Shown here piece by piece: positions 16,388 through 22,635 of a stretch of 35,254 nucleotides of DNA. The stretch is from positions 1 to 35,254 of the forward strand of contig CAZZZR010000002.1 in the NCBI GenBank assembly GCA_964658605.1, written 5' to 3'. The notes beneath the pieces were generated by a model. That model worked only from the letters and a program-made list of their open reading frames with translations, did no database searches and was not told where the DNA came from. The DNA comes from an uncultured Caulobacter sp. (GTDB lineage Bacteria > Pseudomonadota > Alphaproteobacteria > Caulobacterales > Caulobacteraceae). The translations under genes and the position numbers were made by a program. How positions within the stretch are numbered: the stretch's first letter is position 1; the number at the start of each line of letters is the position of its first letter.

Positions 16388-16416
16388 CGGACAATCCGGG
16401 GCGAATTTCTTATAAG
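16388..16416 (+). promoter_or_regulatory. Rightward promoter candidate: CGGACA-N17-TATAAG
   Basis: The -35-like CGGACA (16388-16393) is the mirror image of the leftward -35. Together they form ATTGTCC-N10-GGACAAT (16372-16395). The -10-like TATAAG (16411-16416) sits in the palindrome CTTATAAG. Confidence 0.4.
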
Positions 16417-16482
16417 TCGTTGATTCCAAAGCGATTTTTCTTGATGCGCCAACCCTGCAAGCGGACGCCGAGATGGGCGGGT

Positions 16483-16499
16483 TGTTACCAAAGGTAACA
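16483..16499 (+). promoter_or_regulatory. Perfect palindrome TGTTACC-AAA-GGTAACA (operator or 5'-UTR hairpin)
   Basis: Read directly. Lies in the putative 5' leader of the rightward transcript. Confidence 0.35.
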
Positions 16500-16628
16500 G
16501 GACTTGACCGGCGTCTTGGCTGGTGGCATGCTCGGTAGGTCGGCGCGGAGTGGTATCGAGGTTCGCGTTGTACCAACCTCAGCAAGTGGGCCGGGAGATC
16601 CCGGGCGCCGACGTTCCAGGGGAGGCCG

Positions 16629-16796
16629 ATGGACGGACCCGACCAGCTTGTCGTCTGCGAGTGCGGACATCCCTTCTTGGCAGTGGCGCAAATGATCTGC
16701 GTCGAGCTGTTCGGGAGCTGCCCAGAGTGTGGCAGTTGGGATAACCTGCCCTTCATCGACGACCCGAGCGTCATCCTGCCAGACCCTCCCTTCTGA
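16629..16796 (+). CDS. Unlisted 55-aa Zn-ribbon protein (MDGPDQLVVCECGHPF...CPECGSWDNLPFIDDPSVILPDPPF)
   Basis: GGGGAGG SD 5 nt upstream of the ATG. High GC3 by hand count. CxC...CxxC. Below the 60-aa cutoff of the ORF track. Confidence 0.65.
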   Translation: MDGPDQLVVCECGHPFLAVAQMICVELFGSCPECGSWDNLPFIDDPSVILPDPPF

Positions 16797-17593
16797 CAAG
16801 TACCAGACCGGACCCCGCCCGCAGTGGAGCCGGTTGGACCGCGAGCAGGTTCGGGCTCCTCCAGTGAACGGGGGACGACAGGACCGATAGGACGATGCGG
16901 GCACGTAGCCTGAGGACGGAGCTGGTAGGCGCGCGGCGGCGTTGGTTCTAAGCCGTGTGGCAGCTTCACACCGCGGGCTCTAGGCTTCCGGGTTGCCAGG
17001 TGGGCGGCGTCGGAGCCTTCAGGGGAGGTCAGGCAGCGGATGCCCACGCAGGGGCGCCCACTCGCCCCGTTAGCCGCCGGCTACTGAGTACCTGGTCTCC
17101 TCTGAGGGCTTCTTCCGGAAGCGCGGCGAGGGGCAGGCGGAGGCATCCGACCGGCCGGGAGCGCCGTCCCACCAACCCGAGGTGCAATCCCTCGAGAACC
17201 TGCCCGGCGAGACTCCCTGACTCGAAGCCTCAGCGACTCGGCCCAGCTCCCGTGATGCGCGGGAGGCACCCCCACAAGGGGAGGATCGAAGGGCACGACG
17301 TCTGGACCGACGCTGAGACTTGGGGTTAGGGGGCTCCCTGCGCCCTCATCTCCCCGCAGCAAGGCCCGCCAACAACCCTCCAGAACCGGCCCCGCACCGA
17401 CCGCGCCACGGTCGCCCGACAGACCGCCTCCTGCCCAGCAGACCCGCCCCAGATACCGACGTCCCCGTACAGAGCCGATAGGCGAGCCTCCAACTACCCA
17501 GGTAGGACTACTAGAAGCTCAGTCAATCATTGACGCCGACAAGTAATCGTCCTGCGATACTGTCGTGTCGCGATACATCCTCCGACGCCTCTG

Positions 17594-17613
17594 TTATCCA
17601 CAGCTTTTCCACA
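17594..17613. promoter_or_regulatory. Two tandem DnaA-box-like 9-mers, TTATCCACA (17594-17602) and TTTTCCACA (17605-17613), 11 bp apart
   Basis: The first is a perfect match to the consensus DnaA box TTATCCACA; the second has one mismatch. They sit in an AT-richer island (about 17500-17720) with other palindromes and repeats. Confidence 0.5.
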
Positions 17614-17664
17614 GCCGGCCGACAACCGCCCGACCATGTAAGGAAGACACGTCGCGGTGTAAGG

Positions 17665-17694
17665 TTGACGCGACGGTATGGGAATGGGTGTTAT
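17665..17694 (+). promoter_or_regulatory. Promoter candidate TTGACG-N18-TGTTAT
   Basis: -35-like at 17665-17670 and -10-like at 17689-17694. The GTCGCG/CGCGAC inverted repeat (17651-17656/17669-17674) overlaps the -35. A weak call. Confidence 0.3.
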
Positions 17695-17900
17695 GTTAAG
17701 ACGTAAGTCTCTGCAAAAGGAACAACTTACGAGGCAACCACCGGGCAGGACGTACACCATGCCACCTCCCCCGTCGAAGCACCCCTGCCACCCACCCACC
17801 CCTCGGCACCATCCCCAGTTCGGCGTAGGGGGGGGTGTCCCGGCAGGCCCCGGCCCCTGTAGCGGCGGATCTGGTCCCTCCAAAATGCGAGAAGACAGGG

Positions 17901-17914
17901 CTCTTCATGAAGAG
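17901..17914. promoter_or_regulatory. Perfect 14-bp palindrome CTCTTCATGAAGAG, 53 nt upstream of the 17967 gene
   Basis: Read directly. Operator-like symmetry. Confidence 0.4.
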
Positions 17915-17966
17915 TTGGCTAAAGTAGGGCAAGCAGTGTGTCGCTGTCGGGCTGACTTGGAGTAGG

Positions 17967-18194
17967 ATGGCGGGCATGGTGATCGACTGCCGTAACCCGC
18001 CGGGTGAGCTGAAGAAAAAGGGGCGCATCTTCGCTCGCTGGTTCATCTTCGGCCAGTCCGTAGATGCCGTGGATATCTCGGACGGCGAGGAGGACGTGCT
18101 TCAGCATCTGCCGCGCGAGAAGGCCGCCGAGGTGCTGGCCCTCCGTGAAGCCTTCGTCGACGGCCTGGAAAAGATCCTGCAGTTGGCGGAGTGA
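17967..18194 (+). CDS. Hypothetical protein (75 aa)
   Basis: GGAG 6 nt upstream. Protein-like composition. Confidence 0.65.
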   Translation: MAGMVIDCRNPPGELKKKGRIFARWFIFGQSVDAVDISDGEEDVLQHLPREKAAEVLALREAFVDGLEKILQLAE

Positions 18195-18230
18195 TGCAAC
18201 CGGAGTAGGATCTTCGCGAGGAGGTGATCG

Positions 18231-18407
18231 ATGGCGGACGACGGGCGATTCGACATATACCCGAGCAAAGACCAACGTGCGGTAGGGAGGGGTCCGTACG
18301 TGCCAGCCACCGCGTCCCCCACGGGTACGGTCACCCTCCAGTACTACCGCGGGCGGGATGACACCCATGACGCGGCTTTCCTGCGGTCGCTGGGGATCGC
18401 GCCGTGA
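18231..18407 (+). CDS. Unlisted 58-aa ORF (MADDGRFDIYPSKDQRAVGRGPYVPATASPTGTVTLQYYRGRDDTHDAAFLRSLGIAP)
   Basis: Strong GAGGAGG SD. High GC3. Its stop overlaps the GTG of the next gene (GTGA). Confidence 0.6.
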   Translation: MADDGRFDIYPSKDQRAVGRGPYVPATASPTGTVTLQYYRGRDDTHDAAFLRSLGIAP

Positions 18408-19501
18408 CGTTCAAGGAGGAGATGGCCCACCTGGAAGGCCGCGTGGTTCGGCTCTCGAAGGAGCGCAGCCGCGAGTTGATGGCGGCTGCCGCGGCGCAGT
18501 CCGGTGGTATCCTCATCCCAGACGATCGTCAACCTCTACCGCAAGGAGACCGCCCCATGCAGACGCCTCACGAAGCCGCCGTCGACCGCCTGAAGACGCT
18601 GATCCGCGCCAATCACCCCGAGCTCGAGCAGGTTCTGGCCCTCGTCGGCCACTACCCGGTGGCGGTGCAGGTCGCCTGCGAGGCCGCCATCAAGCGCGGG
18701 GACGATCCGGCCATCCTGCTCCCGGTCAAGGCCGTGGCCGACCAGCAGGCCGTCGAGATCCAGGAGCTGCTCGACGCCCTGACGACGGCGCTGCCGATCC
18801 GGACGGACCTCCAGCGCGCGGCCGAGCCCTCCCTTGCCGACCGGCAGGCGGCCCCGCAGTCGCCGTTCCTCCCGGGGACCTCGGATGACGCCGCCTGGCT
18901 CGAGACCCAGCGCCGCGCCGGCTGGATCGACCCGAACCGCCGCATCTTCGGGACCGCGGCCGACCCGCTCGACCCCACCCAGCCGGCCGGCCCGGTGTCG
19001 CCGACGCTGCCGAAGCACCCCGGCGACCCGGACCCGAACCTGCCGGACGGCTCGCCGGCCTTCCTCGTCGAGGACCGCGGTACCCCTTTCACCCACAGCG
19101 GTTCCGTCCCGGACCCGCAGAGCGGGCGGTCGGGGCTCGACACGAGCCAGGCGGCGGCTCCGTTCGTCGACCCGGCGCTCCCGGTGGTGCCGCTGCGCAA
19201 GGGAGAGCCGTTGCCCGGCGGCATCCCCGTCTTCGGAGTCGAGGCGGAAACCGCCGTCATGGCCGCCAAGGCCGCGCACCCGGCGCTCTTCCCGCACGAG
19301 GTCGCCGTCGGTTCCGAGCCGCTTGGCGTCGGCAACCTGGACGAGGCCCTGGCGGCGGAACGTGCCACCGGCGGCACCGCCATCGACCCGACCGACAAGC
19401 CCGCGACCGAGGCGGCCGACCCGACCCCCGCCTGGTGGGAGTCCTCCTCGCCCGGAGAGCCCGAGACGGCGCCCATGGTGCCGCACACCATCACCTCGTA
19501 G
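18404..19501 (+). CDS. Pro/Ala-rich hypothetical protein (365 aa), largely low-complexity C-terminal half
   Basis: GTG start coupled to the upstream stop (ATG 18422 is an alternative). High GC3. No motif recognised. Confidence 0.7.
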   Translation: MTFKEEMAHLEGRVVRLSKERSRELMAAAAAQSGGILIPDDRQPLPQGDRPMQTPHEAAVDRLKTLIRANHPELEQVLALVGHYPVAVQVACEAAIKRGDDPAILLPVKAVADQQAVEIQELLDALTTALPIRTDLQRAAEPSLADRQAAPQSPFLPGTSDDAAWLETQRRAGWIDPNRRIFGTAADPLDPTQPAGPVSPTLPKHPGDPDPNLPDGSPAFLVEDRGTPFTHSGSVPDPQSGRSGLDTSQAAAPFVDPALPVVPLRKGEPLPGGIPVFGVEAETAVMAAKAAHPALFPHEVAVGSEPLGVGNLDEALAAERATGGTAIDPTDKPATEAADPTPAWWESSSPGEPETAPMVPHTITS

Positions 19502-19512
19502 GTGAGTGTCTC

Positions 19513-19544
19513 GCCCCGGGGCGTCCTCCCCGGGGCTCTTCTTC
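19513..19544. terminator. Bidirectional terminator GCCCCGGGG-N6-CCCCGGGGC followed by TCTTCTTC
   Basis: 9-bp stem between the convergent 18404-19501 (+) and endolysin (-) genes. Confidence 0.65.
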
Positions 19545-19962
19545 AGCCCTCCCGCATCATCTTCGCCAGCCGCACCGCGCGGTCGCCGACCTGCTCGGCC
19601 CACTTCGAGGACAGCATGTGCGCCGCGGCTTCCTCGTAATTCCCGTGATCGAGGCTGTCCAGCGTGGCCACGAACCCCATCAGCCCGCCCACCCCGAGGT
19701 TGAAGGCCATGTTGAGCAACACCCGCTGCCGGGCGTCGCTGAGGTTCCTCCACCACGGCAGACGCCGGTCGAGCTCGATGGCTTTCTCCTCGATCGACTC
19801 AGCGAGCATGAACCGGCTCGCCGCCTGCGAGATCCGCCCGCCGGCGCGCGCGTCGATGAGCTGGCCCACGCCGATCGTCCAGTACCCGCGGCTGTCCTGG
19901 TAGGCGTGGAGCACTTCGCCCTCGTCTCCCACCAGCTCTTCCTTCAGCTTCTCGATGTCCAT
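19543..19962 (-). CDS. Endolysin, T4-type lysozyme (glycoside hydrolase family 24)
   Basis: DEGEVLHAYQDSRGYWTIGVGQL aligns by eye with T4 lysozyme [22 protein letters not shown], including the catalytic Glu, Asp and Thr positions. AGGAGG SD. Confidence 0.85.
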   Translation of the reverse strand: MDIEKLKEELVGDEGEVLHAYQDSRGYWTIGVGQLIDARAGGRISQAASRFMLAESIEEKAIELDRRLPWWRNLSDARQRVLLNMAFNLGVGGLMGFVATLDSLDHGNYEEAAAHMLSSKWAEQVGDRAVRLAKMMREG

Positions 19963-20040
19963 TTCGGCCTCCTTGGTTGATGTGTGCTTCGATTCTACGC
20001 CTACTTGACGGGCATAGCGTCATTGAGGGATAGTGACGGC
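19963..20040. promoter_or_regulatory. Divergent intergenic region between endolysin (-) and the start of the rightward late block
   Basis: The minus strand shows a -10-like TAGAAT (plus coordinates 19992-19997). The plus strand shows TTGACG (20005-20010). No complete promoter could be assembled with confidence. Confidence 0.3.
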
Positions 20041-20238
20041 ATGAGCAATCCTGAATACAAATCAGAGTGGGTAGAAGCCAAAAAGTCGACCCCGTCTCGC
20101 AAGCCCTTTTCTGACGAGGAGCTGCAGGTGCTTCGAGTGCGATTCGATTCGTCGCACACGACCATTGCAGCAGAGCTTGCGGTTGTCATCTGGACCCTCC
20201 TCGACATGCTCGAAGAGCAGCGCGGGTGGAAGCCGTGA
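20041..20238 (+). CDS. Hypothetical small protein (65 aa), lower-GC
   Basis: ATG with GAGGGA about 10 nt upstream. The listed ORF starts earlier (19984) at a non-ATG codon. Confidence 0.55.
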   Translation: MSNPEYKSEWVEAKKSTPSRKPFSDEELQVLRVRFDSSHTTIAAELAVVIWTLLDMLEEQRGWKP

Positions 20239-20402
20239 GCCGCGCCGAGATCTTGGCGGTGGCGCGCATGCTCTGCGGCGACACCCGGGACGAGGTCCCC
20301 GAGGCTGTGCGCGTTACCCGCTGTCCGCGTTGCCAGGTGATCGTCTTCACCGACGAGCTGCCGGCCGGGAACGATACGCACCGGTGCGGAGGTGCAGTGT
20401 GA
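20235..20402 (+). CDS. Unlisted 55-aa Cys-containing ORF (VSRAEILAVARMLCGDTRDEVPEAVRVTRCPRCQVIVFTDELPAGNDTHRCGGAV)
   Basis: GTGA overlaps at both ends. High GC3. CxxC motif. Confidence 0.5.
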   Translation: MSRAEILAVARMLCGDTRDEVPEAVRVTRCPRCQVIVFTDELPAGNDTHRCGGAV

Positions 20403-20746
20403 AAAGCGTCGCTCCCTTCTCCGAGCCGGTGGACGGCGCGAAGCCGGCGCCGTCGTCGGACCCGATCGCGCTGCTCAACTTCGCCCTCCAGAACTGCAAG
20501 TCGGCGGTGCACCTGGTCGACTTCGCGAAGATGACGTCCTTGTCCGTCTTCCCGCCGGGCGCGGAAGTCGACGGCCACTGCCTGGTGGAGATCAGCATGC
20601 CGGCCGACGTGGCGCGCAACATCGCCGGCCCGCCCGAGCTCCAGGACGCCTACGTGCTGATCCACATCGAGCGGCGCGCCGTCGACGAGATGGACGAGCC
20701 GCGGCCGGCGCTGATCCTGCCGCCGCACCTCCGGAGGTCGTTTTGA
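20399..20746 (+). CDS. Hypothetical protein (115 aa)
   Basis: GTG start in a GTGA overlap. The remainder of listed ORF 20165-20746 upstream is junk. Confidence 0.6.
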   Translation: MKSVAPFSEPVDGAKPAPSSDPIALLNFALQNCKSAVHLVDFAKMTSLSVFPPGAEVDGHCLVEISMPADVARNIAGPPELQDAYVLIHIERRAVDEMDEPRPALILPPHLRRSF

Positions 20747-21213
20747 GATACGAGTGGAAAAATCCTGAGGGGCGGACCTTCTACGTGGAAGGAAATGCCG
20801 TCGAAGTCACCGAGACTACCGCTGGCCCCGACGATCTCGAGGCGCACAAGGAGCTGTTGCGCGTCGAAGCGGATCGCCAGCGGCTGGTTCAAGAGATCGA
20901 GCAGTTGAAGCTCGCGCTGGCTCGCAGCGAGGATGGCGAGCACGCCTTCGGCTGGAGCGCGTCTTTCCGAGATGGTGAAAACGTCCGCGTAGATCTCATC
21001 TACCCGCGCATCCAGCCGGCAAAGGCCGTGATCGTTGGCCTGGAGGACGTTCGCGCGGCCGACGAGATTCTGGTCCGCTACGATTTCGACCGTGACGGAT
21101 GGTCGATTTCTCAGCCTTCAGTGTCGCAATGGGCTGCTGACGATGAGGTTTGTGACCCTCAGTGGAAAGAGGTAGCTTTTGTCCGCGCGTGGGCGCAGGA
21201 CGAGAACAAATGA
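20743..21213 (+). CDS. Hypothetical protein (156 aa) with central coiled coil
   Basis: TTG start in a TTGA overlap, with GGAGG 5-6 nt upstream. Protein-like sequence from LRYEWKNPEGRTFYVEG onward. Confidence 0.65.
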   Translation: MRYEWKNPEGRTFYVEGNAVEVTETTAGPDDLEAHKELLRVEADRQRLVQEIEQLKLALARSEDGEHAFGWSASFRDGENVRVDLIYPRIQPAKAVIVGLEDVRAADEILVRYDFDRDGWSISQPSVSQWAADDEVCDPQWKEVAFVRAWAQDENK

Positions 21214-21428
21214 GCTTCAATAGCAACGAGTGCGTGAACGAGGCCGGCGTCCGCCGGAAGCTCGAGACGACTCTCCGCCACCTCGAGAAGCTGAACACGC
21301 GCGCGCGGTTCGCGGCGTCCTACTGGGCGACGAAGCGGCCGGAGGAGTCGCGGCTCAACACCCTGCGATCCGAGGGGTACGACCGGGCCATCGGGGCGCT
21401 ACGAAATTTCATCGACACCCGCCTATGA
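21210..21428 (+). CDS. Hypothetical small protein (72 aa)
   Basis: ATGA overlaps at both ends. Confidence 0.65.
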   Translation: MSFNSNECVNEAGVRRKLETTLRHLEKLNTRARFAASYWATKRPEESRLNTLRSEGYDRAIGALRNFIDTRL

Positions 21429-22063
21429 TCGCCGCCCTCTACGTCCTTCCCGACGGTCCCTACTCCGGTCGCGAGGATGTCGACCTTTGGCCCGAGTTCC
21501 GCGACGCTCGCCTCTACGCCGGCCCGCATGCTGTGGTCGCGCACCCGCCCTGCGAGCGCTGGGGCCGCTATTGGGGCGGCGGCCCGATGCTGCACGGCAC
21601 ACCCCGGCAGAAGGTGCTTGGCGACGATGGCGGGTGCTTCGCTGCCGCGCTCTCGGCCGTCCGGCGCTTCGGCGGCGTCCTGGAGCACCCGGAAGCATCC
21701 GCGGCGTGGCGCTGGTTCGGGCTCGTGCCGCCGCCGAAGCCTGGCGGCTGGTTCCCGGCGGACCTGCTTGGCGGCTGGACGTGCTGCGTCGAACAGGGGC
21801 ACTACGGGCACGCCGTCCGAAAGGCCACCTGGCTCTACGCGTTCGGTATCCCTGGCTCTGAGCTTCCCGCACTGAGCTGGGGCCCAGCCGAAAGCCCCGA
21901 CCGCGTGCGTCTCGACCTGGGGTTCCACTCCCGCGAGGAGCGCATCGCAGCCGGCCGCGCGGGCCGGGATCAATCTTTCCGCCGACTGGGCAAGCGGGCG
22001 CGCACCATCACCCCCGAGCCCTTCGCTGACCTCCTCCTCGGTATTGCAGCCCTCGCCGGTTGA
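21425..22063 (+). CDS. C5-cytosine-methyltransferase-like protein lacking a recognisable SAM-binding motif I
   Basis: AHPPCERW (motif IV-like PC), VLEHPEAS (motif VI-like), VEQGHYGHAVRKATW (motif VIII-like) and TPEPFADLL (motif X-like) occur in MTase order. No FxGxG at the N-terminus. Confidence 0.7.
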   Translation: MIAALYVLPDGPYSGREDVDLWPEFRDARLYAGPHAVVAHPPCERWGRYWGGGPMLHGTPRQKVLGDDGGCFAAALSAVRRFGGVLEHPEASAAWRWFGLVPPPKPGGWFPADLLGGWTCCVEQGHYGHAVRKATWLYAFGIPGSELPALSWGPAESPDRVRLDLGFHSREERIAAGRAGRDQSFRRLGKRARTITPEPFADLLLGIAALAG

Positions 22064-22545
22064 CGGGCGCGCCATTCTGGCGCTACCCTCTCTGCATGCC
22101 CTGGACTGTACGCCCCGAGGGGACGAAGGCAAATCTGCACTGGCAGCCGGACGATCCCGAAGGGGAGCCGGCCTGGTCAGGGTGGGTCGAGCTGTTCCGC
22201 GGAGCGCCGAGCTGGGAGGACGCACCCGAGCTGTTTCACGGCTTGAAGGCTCTCCAGAACGCCGCGCTGCACCAGCACTTCCTCTCCGCCTGGACCTGGG
22301 ACCTGCCCGACGTCTGGGAGGGCCACCAGAACAGCGGCGACGGCCGGAAGTACCTGCTGCTCCACGGCGGCCGGCTTGCCTGGTCGCTCGTCCTCCGCTT
22401 CAGCCCCCACGCGCCGACGTTCGCCTTCCGCGAGCTCGCCCGCGGCTTCAACGCCAAACCGATGGAACGCGCGCCGGTCAAGGCGCCGAAAGGATCGACA
22501 TGGAAGGCAAAGGCCCGAACGCCGTCCCCAAGCCCCTCTCCTTGA
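22060..22545 (+). CDS. Hypothetical Trp-rich protein (161 aa; alternative ATG at 22096)
   Basis: TTG start in a TTGA overlap. Coding signal in this frame fades after about 22500. Confidence 0.6.
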   Translation: MTGAPFWRYPLCMPWTVRPEGTKANLHWQPDDPEGEPAWSGWVELFRGAPSWEDAPELFHGLKALQNAALHQHFLSAWTWDLPDVWEGHQNSGDGRKYLLLHGGRLAWSLVLRFSPHAPTFAFRELARGFNAKPMERAPVKAPKGSTWKAKARTPSPSPSP

Positions 22546-22628
22546 ACAAGGGCAGCGTGCCCGCTCCGCCGAAGTCGCCCCCGGAGGCGGCCAAGGACGG
22601 CTGGAACTCCCTGAAGATCGGGCGGTAA
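22500..22628 (+). CDS. Unlisted 42-aa ORF (MEGKGPNAVPKPLSLNKGSVPAPPKSPPEAAKDGWNSLKIGR) overlapping the end of 22060-22545
   Basis: Very high GC3 in this frame from 22500 onward. Weak GGA SD. Confidence 0.4.
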   Translation: MEGKGPNAVPKPLSLNKGSVPAPPKSPPEAAKDGWNSLKIGR

Positions 22629-22635
22629 GAGCGCC

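Noticed and set aside
16824-16860. Group II intron domain V-like hairpin (GAGCCGG...GCGA...CGGGCTC)
   Set aside because: The pairing does not reproduce the domain V architecture of two stems, a 2-nt bulge and a GNRA loop closed by a proper stem. No reverse transcriptase or 5' GUGYG boundary is present.
16955-17329. 124-aa plus-strand ORF and other listed ORFs (16352-17047 -, 17081-17362 -, 17527-17883 -, 17678-17965 +) in the 1.17-kb gap
   Set aside because: They are about 20% Arg or Pro/Gly-rich, with only marginal GC3 elevation and no SD. Judged non-coding.
20005-20041. Leaderless mRNA for the 20041 gene from TTGACG-N18-GATAGT
   Set aside because: The predicted TSS would coincide with the ATG, but a GAGGGA SD-like motif sits about 10 nt upstream of the ATG, inside the putative spacer. 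The -10 is weak and the evidence is contradictory.
22440-22545. Programmed -1 frameshift joining 22060-22545 to the 22500-22628 frame
   Set aside because: The second frame is -1 relative to the first and coding signal does switch near 22500. However, I found no X-XXY-YYZ slippery heptamer or downstream structure. Treated as two overlapping ORFs.
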